DNA from: Chromatiales bacterium
GTDB taxonomy: Bacteria; Pseudomonadota; Gammaproteobacteria; RBG-16-57-12
Direction: 5' to 3'
Assembly: GCA_026989455.1 (NCBI GenBank)
Contig: JALSJH010000060.1
Span: 695-64,694, forward strand
DNA: 64,000 nt
A model generated the notes under the pieces. It was not told the DNA's origin. It saw only the letters and a list, made by a program, of their open reading frames with translations, and did no database searches. Positions within the stretch are counted from its first letter, which is position 1, and each line of letters begins with the position of its first letter. The position numbers and the translations under genes were made by a program. Positions 17,607 through 25,800 of this stretch are shown here, one piece after another.

Positions 17607-18962
17607 TCAGCTGTGACAGGTTTTAAAGAGAACATTAATGCCTAGCCCGGTGCCATCCAGCCCACAGCTCAGTTGAATAGTGGCTTGGTGAAGCTCTGCA
17701 ATTCTCAATACAATCGATAAGCCCAGCCCACTACCCGCAATCTGCTGATGCTCGCCGCGCTTAAAACGGTCAAATACCTCTTTTTTTAGTGCCTCGGGGA
17801 TGCCTGGCCCGCTGTCTCTCACCTCGAGCACGGCACCCTGCGCATTGTGCGCCACATGCACGATGATGCGCCCTCCCTCTGGGGTGTAACGAATGGCGTT
17901 ATTCAGCAGGTTAGCAATTAAAATCTCTATCAACTCTTTGTTACCGCAGAGTCTGCTCGTCGGCTCGCCACTCAAGCTAACCTCTATCTGCTTATCCAGC
18001 GCCGATGTAATTTGCTCGCTAATCACATGGGCACACAGTGGCTTTAGGTTGAGTTCAGTTTTTTCAAGCTGCTGTTCAGCATCGACTCTCGCCAACACCA
18101 GCAGTTGATTTACCAGTTTAGTGGTACGTTCAACCCCCGTAATGACTTGTGCTATCGCTTTTTGTCGCTGTGCGGTCTCTGTTGATCGCAGTGCCACTTG
18201 TGCCTGGGTTTTTATACCAGCTAAAGGTGTGCGCAGCTCATGTGCGGCATCGGCGGTAAAGCGACACTCTTTTTCAAAAGCCTGTCCGAGGCGATTAAAA
18301 AGTGCGTTGAGTGCCTGAACCATGGGGCGTGTTTCGCTGGGCACCCCTTCGAGCGGGATCGCCTTCAGTTGATAGATTGAACGCTCAGATATGTTGTCGG
18401 CCAGTTTGACCAATGGGCGCAAGCCACGCCCAATGCTGATCCAGATCAGAATGGCGATAAAGGGCAGGGAGAGCAACATAACACCCGACACGCTGTAGCT
18501 GATGTAGAGAATCAACTCCTGACGAACCTCGTAGCGTTGCGCAGTTTGAATAAGCAGACCTGTTTGCGGGTCGTGAAGGCTGTAGGTGTACCAGGTGACC
18601 CCATCAACCTGCATCTGTTTGAAACCGTTGAATGAGTCAGCTACCGGTAAGACCGGGGCCGACGATGAACGCGCCATCAGCTGACCATCTGGGTGATAGA
18701 CAGTAAAAGAGATTTTGGATTCGTATTTGTGGGTGTCGGCTAAAAACTCTTCGGTATCGACTGGCAGCTGTTTACCCTCTTCTACCTTATACCTGAGCAG
18801 CGAGGCCAGCAGCTTGGCATTTTGTGCTAGCTGGGCATCGTACACCTCTTCCACTTCATGTTGTGTGCTGTGATAGACAAACAGGCTGACAATCAACCAG
18901 GTAATAAAGACAGAACCTAACAGTAAAAGCAGTAAATTTCGATAGATGGAGTGTCGCTTCAT
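17607..18962 (-). CDS. Sensor histidine kinase (QseC/PmrB-like, two TM helices, HisKA + HATPase_c)
   Basis: 451 aa from ATG 18962, making a TGATG overlap with the regulator stop. H-box AAHELRTPLAG, N/G boxes LLNNAIRYTP and GSGLGLSIV. Confidence 0.85.
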   Translation of the reverse strand: MKRHSIYRNLLLLLLGSVFITWLIVSLFVYHSTQHEVEEVYDAQLAQNAKLLASLLRYKVEEGKQLPVDTEEFLADTHKYESKISFTVYHPDGQLMARSSSAPVLPVADSFNGFKQMQVDGVTWYTYSLHDPQTGLLIQTAQRYEVRQELILYISYSVSGVMLLSLPFIAILIWISIGRGLRPLVKLADNISERSIYQLKAIPLEGVPSETRPMVQALNALFNRLGQAFEKECRFTADAAHELRTPLAGIKTQAQVALRSTETAQRQKAIAQVITGVERTTKLVNQLLVLARVDAEQQLEKTELNLKPLCAHVISEQITSALDKQIEVSLSGEPTSRLCGNKELIEILIANLLNNAIRYTPEGGRIIVHVAHNAQGAVLEVRDSGPGIPEALKKEVFDRFKRGEHQQIAGSGLGLSIVLRIAELHQATIQLSCGLDGTGLGINVLFKTCHS

Positions 18963-19624
18963 CACTCTGCTTTTGGAATCATGTAACCCACGCCACGAAT
19001 CGTAACAATCAACGCTTTACCTAATTTTTTGCGTAGATGGTGAATGTGGACCTCCGTGGCATTGCTCTCAAGGCCATCACCCCAGCCAAACAGGCTCTCT
19101 TCAATGCGTTCGCGGGAGAGCACCCGGCCACTATTCTCCAGTAAAATCTGTAGAATCTTAAACTCCCGGGTTGAGAGGTTAACCTCCTCGTCCGCTTTTT
19201 CAAGGCGGTAGGCCATGGGATCCAACACAATGTCACGGTATTTAATCAGCGGTGAGGCTCGCCCCTTATGGCGACGTGTTAAGGCTCTTATCCGCGCACA
19301 CAACTCATCTAGGTCAAACGGTTTTGCCAAGTAGTCATCCGCGCCACTGTCTAAGCCGTCAACCCGATCAGTGACGGTATCTCTAGCGGTCAAAATCAGT
19401 ACTGGAATCGAGTTACCCAAGCCTCGAATTTTTTCCAGTACTGCCAGACCACTCATCTGCGGCAGCCCCAAATCAAGCACCACCAAATCAAAGTAATCTA
19501 CTTGCAGACTGTGCAGTGCACTCAGGCCATCACGCAGCCAGTCGACAGCATAGCCGGCTTGTTGCAAGCCGACACGGACACCGTCACCCAGTTGCGGGTC
19601 ATCTTCAACCAAAAGTATTCGCAT
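18962..19624 (-). CDS. OmpR-family response regulator
   Basis: 220 aa, MRILLVEDD...DLVVLDLGLP receiver plus a winged-helix C-terminus (TIRGVGYM). Confidence 0.9.
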   Translation of the reverse strand: MRILLVEDDPQLGDGVRVGLQQAGYAVDWLRDGLSALHSLQVDYFDLVVLDLGLPQMSGLAVLEKIRGLGNSIPVLILTARDTVTDRVDGLDSGADDYLAKPFDLDELCARIRALTRRHKGRASPLIKYRDIVLDPMAYRLEKADEEVNLSTREFKILQILLENSGRVLSRERIEESLFGWGDGLESNATEVHIHHLRKKLGKALIVTIRGVGYMIPKAE

Positions 19625-19657
19625 TATCCAACCCGCAGTAAATTTTGTTGATTCAAG

Positions 19658-20224
19658 CTACCAAGTCCAGTTGCCGTGTCCGGGAATAACCACCGTATCA
19701 TCATCGTAGATCCCCTCATCCGCTTTTTGATGACAAGCATCACAGTAGCTTAGTGACTTCACTTTCTCATTACCAGCGATAAGATCCTCTGGAATATCAT
19801 GGTGCTTACGCTTAATGTAAGGGATATCTATAATGCGCAGTGGCGCTTCATTTTCACCCAGTGAAGCGATGATTTTTTTAGATCGTTTGTAGTGGGACTT
19901 ATCAGCCGAATCAGCAATTAAAGCTGTTAGCAGCTCAATCCTGGTCTCATCATCCAACTCGGCATTATCACCAAAGTGATCCTCCAGGGCCGCCGGTTCA
20001 AACAGTTTGCGCCATGATGCCTCTGGCAATAGTCCCGCCTGGTAAGGAAAGTGACAATCACTACACTCCTCATTGTATAACTCATTATGCATCGGCTTGA
20101 TTTCGTTACGGGGTTCCAGCGAAAACAACCAATCGAAAAAGCTTTCATCCTCCGCAAAAGCAGCGCTATTTATACCCAGCCCAATCATCGCCACCATTAA
20201 CAATACTATCCATTTTTTCATCAT
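19658..20224 (-). CDS. Diheme cytochrome c (DHC family)
   Basis: 188 aa with signal peptide MMKKWIVLLMVAMIGLGINSAAFA and two CxxCH sites (CSDCH, CDACH). Gene context matches the SHP/DHC/cytochrome b clusters of Rhodobacter and Shewanella. Confidence 0.7.
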   Translation of the reverse strand: MMKKWIVLLMVAMIGLGINSAAFAEDESFFDWLFSLEPRNEIKPMHNELYNEECSDCHFPYQAGLLPEASWRKLFEPAALEDHFGDNAELDDETRIELLTALIADSADKSHYKRSKKIIASLGENEAPLRIIDIPYIKRKHHDIPEDLIAGNEKVKSLSYCDACHQKADEGIYDDDTVVIPGHGNWTW

Positions 20225-20251
20225 GATCTTTTAGCCTTTCTTTAGTTACGT

Positions 20252-20644
20252 TTAGTATTGAGATAAATACTTAAGCAGATCACCCTTCTCCTGAGTGGTG
20301 CACTCGCGCCCATAAGTCCATTTACAATTACGTTTGAACCACTTTTTAACTTTTTTCAGTTTAGTAAATCGCTCTTTATTGGCTGAATAAGCCATCGGCT
20401 CAATCACTTTCCCTGTTTTGACGTGCTTGCCTGCTTGTGTCAAATCCTTACCATGACAGGTGTTGCAATCACGTTGCTTGCCATCGACCATACGCTGCTG
20501 ATGCCATAACGCTTCACCACGTTTAGCATCAAAGGTTAAATTACCATCCGGATTATAGTCCGCCATTCGCTGCTCGATAGGTGTAGCCGCTACTGCCACG
20601 GGTGAAAGTAACAGCGCAATAATAAACAGTGTTAATTTATTCAT
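20252..20644 (-). CDS. Monoheme c-type cytochrome, SHP-like (DUF1924-type)
   Basis: 130 aa from ATG 20644, preceded by a GGGGGAGGAAA SD. Signal peptide MNKLTLFIIALLLSPVAVA and a single CNTCH heme site. Adjacent to DHC and cytochrome b. Confidence 0.6.
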   Translation of the reverse strand: MNKLTLFIIALLLSPVAVAATPIEQRMADYNPDGNLTFDAKRGEALWHQQRMVDGKQRDCNTCHGKDLTQAGKHVKTGKVIEPMAYSANKERFTKLKKVKKWFKRNCKWTYGRECTTQEKGDLLKYLSQY

Positions 20645-20654
20645 TTTCCTCCCC

Positions 20655-21200
20655 CTACCAAGTGAGTTTAATGGCAATGGCCATCGCCAGCGCACCTAAA
20701 GCGCCGGGAGCGGCATGGCCACCATCCGCACCGCTGCTGACTGCGGCGGCATAGCCCAAGGTACCTAAAACACCCAGCATCATATGCAGGTTATCCGGGT
20801 CATCAAAGCCACCCGCCAAGCTAATATCTTCATAATGAAAAGCGAAGCCTGTCGCCACAGCCGCCGCACCCAATGCAGCGGCGGCAGTACCAAACAGCTC
20901 GTGAGGCCCATCTGTTGTTTTGGGTGATATTACGGTCAATATGGCACTCGCCATGGAGGCATAGCCTAGATATTTGTGTGTTTTATTTAGGGTAAGTGCG
21001 CGTGATTTAAACAGTGGAGCCGACTCTTCAGCTGCCGTTGCTTGAGGGTTATTTTGATGATCAACATCCAGCTGAGCCAGCTGTAAGTAGGGTTGCGCTT
21101 TAATGGATAAGTCCAGATCCGTGTTGGGTAACGGCTCACCTGCTTGGGCTGAACAGACCCAGCCAAACAGTATGCAGTAGATCAATAAATATTTTTTCAT
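20655..21200 (-). CDS. Hypothetical exported Gly/Ala-rich membrane protein
   Basis: 181 aa with signal peptide MKKYLLIYCILFGWVCSAQA. The C-terminal half has Gly/Ala-rich hydrophobic segments (FGTAAAALGAAAVATGFAF, GALGALAMAIAI). ATGA overlap with the cytochrome b stop. Confidence 0.5.
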   Translation of the reverse strand: MKKYLLIYCILFGWVCSAQAGEPLPNTDLDLSIKAQPYLQLAQLDVDHQNNPQATAAEESAPLFKSRALTLNKTHKYLGYASMASAILTVISPKTTDGPHELFGTAAAALGAAAVATGFAFHYEDISLAGGFDDPDNLHMMLGVLGTLGYAAAVSSGADGGHAAPGALGALAMAIAIKLTW

Positions 21201-21793
21201 TGCTTTCCCTTATCTTTATTTATCGTTTTATACCCGGTAACCATGGCATGCGGAAGATTCTCTTTGTGCTGAATAGAGGCCACCACTACGCCGAGCAGAT
21301 GCCCGGCAATCAGTAACCATAAAAGATCCAGCACCCACTCATGTAACTCTGAAAAGCGATACGCCCATTGATCGCTCATACCCGATAACAGACCAAGCAG
21401 CGGCCCTTCAAACTCAATTACCGCAACAAGAATCACCCCACTTATCGCCATCAGCAACAGTGCCCCCATCAATACCAGCACCATCCAGCCTCCCGCCGGA
21501 TTATGGCCAAGATAATGTGGTGGATCATTTCTGAAACTGGCTTTCAGGTAACGCCAAACCGCAGCTGGTGTGGCGATAAAATCGGAGAAACGCGCATGCT
21601 GGCTACCCACAAAGCCCCAAGTGATACGCACAATCAACAACAGTGTGATCAGATAACCAATTAGAATGTGTGTCTGCTGCATTCCAAACTGACTCGTCAA
21701 GTAGGCAGCCACAAAGGCGAGCAGCATCAACCAGTGAAAGCCCCGCACCAGGCCATCCCAGACTTTAACTTGTGTTGTAGTGTGCTCGGTCAC
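21197..21793 (-). CDS. Membrane b-type cytochrome (cytochrome b561 / Ni-Fe hydrogenase b-subunit family)
   Basis: 198 aa with a GTG start and four TM helices. N-terminal VWDGLVRGFHWLMLLAF and conserved His residues are typical of this family. Confidence 0.8.
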   Translation of the reverse strand: MTEHTTTQVKVWDGLVRGFHWLMLLAFVAAYLTSQFGMQQTHILIGYLITLLLIVRITWGFVGSQHARFSDFIATPAAVWRYLKASFRNDPPHYLGHNPAGGWMVLVLMGALLLMAISGVILVAVIEFEGPLLGLLSGMSDQWAYRFSELHEWVLDLLWLLIAGHLLGVVVASIQHKENLPHAMVTGYKTINKDKGKQ

Positions 21794-21919
21794 CGCTGAT
21801 TACTCGTTATTCACAGGCTTATAATGAATAGCACTGTAACGATGCAAACTTAAAGAAGACTTAATTTTCGGTGTTTTTTACGAGGGGGTTAGACTATAGA
21901 GTTTCAAGTTTCGAGAGTC

Positions 21920-23605
21920 TCAATTTTCACGTTTACCACTGCGCCAGATTGAAAACAGCAGCCAGACAGCGCCGACCACTGCACCCACGAAACCCAGTAG
22001 ACCAAATAGTGGCAGCCCCAACAGCGTTGGCCCACCTTTTATGGTCATTACAATGGATGAGCCAATAATCAGCGCGGCAATCACATTACCCACGGCAATA
22101 CGGCTGGCGGCTCGATCCAGTTGATTGCCAAAGATTTTAAGCCGTGTCACATCGACATGTAGTTGCAGTCGACCACTACGCGCCGAGCGGAGTAATTGCC
22201 GCAGGTCTTGCGGTAACCCAATCAGAAGATCGGCGGTGCTTGCCACCGCTCGCCACCCTCTTTTCGCCAAAGCGTCAGGGGCATAGCGCGCCAGCATGGC
22301 ACGGTGCAGGAAGGGTGCGGCCACGGTCACCATATCAAACTCAGGATCCAGCTGTCGACCCACCCCTTCTAGGGTTACAAAAACTTTAATCAGCAAAGTA
22401 AGGTCTGGCGGTAGGCTAAGGGCGTAGTCACGCAGTAAGCTGGTTAGCTCGTTCAGCAGAGCAACCAAATTAAGATCTTTTAGCGGCACACCGTGGTATT
22501 GGTCAACAAACCCTTCAACATCTAAGCTCAGGCGCTCTGTGTCAACCGCAACATCAGAGGACCAATCCAGCAGCACCTCAACCACCGCTTGTGCATCTTG
22601 CTCTACCAGCCCGTGCAGAAGCGTTATAACCTGATCGCGCCGATGCTCGGAGAGGCGGCCAACCATACCAAAATCGATGAAAGCAATGCGATTGTCTGGC
22701 AGATAGAAGAGGTTACCCGGATGGGGATCCGCATGAAAAAAGCCATCTACCAGCACCATTTTCAGTACTGCCTGAGCACCCTGCCGTGCCAATATTTTTC
22801 GATCAAGCACCGCTTCATCAACGGCTTTAAGGTCATTTCCGGGGAGGCCATCAATATATTGCTGCACATTGACGCGTTCACTGCACCACTTCCAATAGAC
22901 CTTTGGAATCACCACTTCCGGATGCTGTGAGAAATTATCGGCGACCCGTTCCGCATTGCGGCACTCGGTCGCTAAATCCAGCTCTCGACGTAGCGACAAC
23001 CGAAATTGGCGCACCACTTCACGGGGTTTATAGCGACGAAAATCAGTAATTTCAGACTCAATAATTTCCGCCACACGACTGAGCAGGCGCAGGTCGGCCT
23101 CCACAATCGAGCGAATTCCGGGGCGACGTACCTTAATCACCACCTCCGTGCCATCCTCCAGTTGCGCCCGATGCACCTGTGCTATGGAGGCAGCAGCCAG
23201 TGGTTCAGGATTTACTGTTTTGAAGAGTGCTTGCGGAGCACAACCAAAATCCTCTTCCAATTGCTGGCAGATCGCCTCAAAAGGCACTGTAACGGCGTGA
23301 TCCTGAAGCTTTTCAAACTCCTCAATCCACTCGGGTGAGAACAGATCTACCCGGGTGGCGAGAATCTGACCCAACTTAATATAGGTCGGCCCCATCTCCT
23401 CCAAGGCACGGCGAAATCGAGCGGGTGGTTCGAGCCGAGCCAGCTCAGATGCTCTATTCCAGTGCAGCACCTTACCCGCACTCTCCAGCACACCGGCCAT
23501 ACCCAATCGACGCACCACGTCACCAAAGCCATAGCGGATCAAAATTGAAGCGATCTCATGCAGTCGACCCAGATCTCGAGCAGCACTTAAGGTTTCCCAG
23601 AGCAT
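21920..23605 (-). CDS. ABC1/UbiB-family atypical protein kinase (paralog outside a ubiE-ubiJ-ubiB context)
   Basis: 561 aa with AASIAQVHRAQLEDGTEVVIKVRRPGI, HADPHPGNL, IDFGMVG and two C-terminal TM helices. Confidence 0.9.
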   Translation of the reverse strand: MLWETLSAARDLGRLHEIASILIRYGFGDVVRRLGMAGVLESAGKVLHWNRASELARLEPPARFRRALEEMGPTYIKLGQILATRVDLFSPEWIEEFEKLQDHAVTVPFEAICQQLEEDFGCAPQALFKTVNPEPLAAASIAQVHRAQLEDGTEVVIKVRRPGIRSIVEADLRLLSRVAEIIESEITDFRRYKPREVVRQFRLSLRRELDLATECRNAERVADNFSQHPEVVIPKVYWKWCSERVNVQQYIDGLPGNDLKAVDEAVLDRKILARQGAQAVLKMVLVDGFFHADPHPGNLFYLPDNRIAFIDFGMVGRLSEHRRDQVITLLHGLVEQDAQAVVEVLLDWSSDVAVDTERLSLDVEGFVDQYHGVPLKDLNLVALLNELTSLLRDYALSLPPDLTLLIKVFVTLEGVGRQLDPEFDMVTVAAPFLHRAMLARYAPDALAKRGWRAVASTADLLIGLPQDLRQLLRSARSGRLQLHVDVTRLKIFGNQLDRAASRIAVGNVIAALIIGSSIVMTIKGGPTLLGLPLFGLLGFVGAVVGAVWLLFSIWRSGKREN

Positions 23606-23614
23606 AGTGAGCCG

Positions 23615-24277
23615 CTAACCTTTTTTAGGGTGACGATGATTAGCCACTTTGGCATCCAATGTTTCGGCAAAACCCTCAAGAAACCCGGCAGCCGCCTGAG
23701 AGAGATGAGCGGTTACTTTCAACACCGCATCACCACGGGCAGATACAGTTTCACGCAAGCTCTCCGTTAACTCTCGGTTCAGTGTTTCAACAATTTCACG
23801 CGACTTTTGACCCACCGCCGTACCGCTATTACCCGCATGGGCGATCAACTCATTCAGCGTCGTGCTAATCACCTCACCCGACTCTTTTGCAACCGTCCGG
23901 CTCACCTCTAAAAACAGCTCTTCCAGTGCGATAACATCATCCAGCGCCCGTTTCAGATCCTCTTTACCAAACTCTTTAAGGTGGCCCGCCGCCTCTTCCA
24001 GCGCCAGCTTGGATGCTTCTGCCGATTTTGCGATCGCCTCATCCACACCCACCATCGACTCCGACAAGGTCTCCTTAATATGAGTACCTCTCATCTCAGC
24101 CCCAATACTGGCCCCCTCCAAAACGGCGCTGACAACCTGCTTTATCTTCTCTAGGTTCAGCCCTCCCTGGCTTAGCGCCTCCACGGTCAGGTTGCGAACA
24201 TCATCACGAATGGAGCCACTCTGCTCAGCTGCTTCACGGGCTGCCTCTTTCACACTTTGATAATCAACTTCACTCAT
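23615..24277 (-). CDS. Hypothetical all-helical acidic protein (apolipoprotein/phasin-like by composition)
   Basis: 220 aa from ATG 24277 (MSEVDYQSVKEAAREAAE...), preceded by a GAGAGGG SD. Rich in E/A/L/S with no TM helix. It ends 9 nt before the ABC1 kinase start. The track start at 24349 is a non-SD extension. Confidence 0.5.
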   Translation of the reverse strand: MSEVDYQSVKEAAREAAEQSGSIRDDVRNLTVEALSQGGLNLEKIKQVVSAVLEGASIGAEMRGTHIKETLSESMVGVDEAIAKSAEASKLALEEAAGHLKEFGKEDLKRALDDVIALEELFLEVSRTVAKESGEVISTTLNELIAHAGNSGTAVGQKSREIVETLNRELTESLRETVSARGDAVLKVTAHLSQAAAGFLEGFAETLDAKVANHRHPKKG

Positions 24278-24349
24278 ACTCGCACCCTCTCTGCCACTGT
24301 GAAATAACCTGCCATGATTTTTATAGATCAACAGCAACTCAATCATCAA

Positions 24350-24844
24350 CTAGTCACTTTTAATATCAACCTGATGGCGACCTGAAGTCGTTTTTGGTAA
24401 CTCAATATGTAGTACACCTCGACTATATTTTGCCTTGGCTCGACGACCATCCACATTATCAGGTAGTGGAATAGCCCGCTCAAACACCCCGTAGGCACAT
24501 TCTGAAATATGGTACCCTCCTTGTTTACGCTGTTCTTGGTAGCGCTTTTCACCATATATCAACAACATATCATCGACGACACTGACATCAAAGTCTTTAC
24601 GCTCCATGCCCGGCGCTTCCAGCCGCACAATCACACTGTCACCATCGTCATAGAGTTCGGCCGCCAATAACCCCCAACCGACCCCCTTATGTACCGGAAC
24701 CAATAGACCATCTTTATCTTTTTTCTTTGAAGGCTTAAACCGAGTCAGCGCACCTGATGCACGATTTGCCAAGTGGTGCCAACCCTCAGCCACAGAACCC
24801 AAAAAACGGTTCAACCCACCGCGAATCTCTTCTAGAGTAGACAT
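24350..24844 (-). CDS. Small heat-shock protein (Hsp20/alpha-crystallin)
   Basis: 164 aa with an alpha-crystallin domain (VIVRLEAPGMERKDFDVSVVDDMLLIYGEKR...AKYSRGVLHIELPK). GGGAGGG SD. Confidence 0.9.
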   Translation of the reverse strand: MSTLEEIRGGLNRFLGSVAEGWHHLANRASGALTRFKPSKKKDKDGLLVPVHKGVGWGLLAAELYDDGDSVIVRLEAPGMERKDFDVSVVDDMLLIYGEKRYQEQRKQGGYHISECAYGVFERAIPLPDNVDGRRAKAKYSRGVLHIELPKTTSGRHQVDIKSD

Positions 24845-24914
24845 AATACCCTCCCATTTTCACTTAGTTTGAAACAATATTAATATCGGTGCCGTAACCG
24901 CACCCCAGCAAACG

Positions 24915-25439
24915 TCAATCAACCTTAATACGATGCCGCTGAGTCGGAGCCGCCTTGGGTAATCTCAGCTCCAGCACACCATCTTTGAAGCTTGCCTTGG
25001 CCTTTTTACTCTGCACTGATGCTGGCAAAATCACGGTACGGACAAACGAGCCCTGTGATATTTCGCGGCGGTGGTAATCCCCCTTCTCCTCTTTACGCTC
25101 CTGCCGAGTAGAGGCTTTGATGGTAACGCTATCTGCGGTCACAGAGAGATCCAGGTTTTTTTTGTCAACCCCTGGCAACTCAGCACGCACCACAATCTCA
25201 TTATCTCGCGCCACCACATCCACTTTTGGCTCATGCCCATCAAAAGGCGCTTCCAGATTTGCCCAAGCTGGCCACTCCTGACGCAGTGGCTGCATCCAAC
25301 CACGAGGAAAAAATCCCTCAAACATCCGATCCATCTCCTCAAATGGGCTGACTTCCCGCTGGTGCGGATGCTGAAGCTCCCCACCCTTTGCAGCCGACGA
25401 AAGTTCACCTCTATTTTTAATCTTCTCTTTTTTGGCCAT
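24915..25439 (-). CDS. Small heat-shock protein (Hsp20/alpha-crystallin)
   Basis: 174 aa from ATG 25439, with an AAGGAGA SD 8 nt upstream; the track's first codon is GTG at 25442. IVVRAELPGVDKKNLDLSVTADSVTIKAS...ASFKDGVLELRLPK. Confidence 0.9.
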   Translation of the reverse strand: MAKKEKIKNRGELSSAAKGGELQHPHQREVSPFEEMDRMFEGFFPRGWMQPLRQEWPAWANLEAPFDGHEPKVDVVARDNEIVVRAELPGVDKKNLDLSVTADSVTIKASTRQERKEEKGDYHRREISQGSFVRTVILPASVQSKKAKASFKDGVLELRLPKAAPTQRHRIKVD

Positions 25440-25800
25440 CACCCTTTCTCCTTATAAATATCTAACCATACAACAATCTGAATAATACCCCCTCCAAAAC
25501 TGCTTGGAGAGCATCAGACTCTCACAACAAGAAGTTATTTTCTGCTACTTAAGTTACACATACTTTGCTACTGGTCATGGGGGAAAAAGAAAAGGTGATT
25601 AGATGGAGGGTGCAAAAGGGTAAACCAAGCCAATATAGTCTGCTATTGCGGCTTAGGTGGTAGTGCACTTAGAGGTTGAGTCTGCCTCGCACCCAGATCA
25701 TGCAGGCGTTCGGTTTTACAGGGGAATTTACGAAGAGGCTCCTATCTGTAATTACGGGAGATGGGGGATTATCTTAAAATCAACGTAATTATTCAGCGAC

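Noticed and set aside
21890-21920. Imperfect palindrome agactatagagtttcaagtttcgagagtct just after the ABC1 kinase stop, as a terminator
   Set aside because: The stem has mismatches and no U-tract follows on the transcribed strand, so there is not enough support to annotate it.
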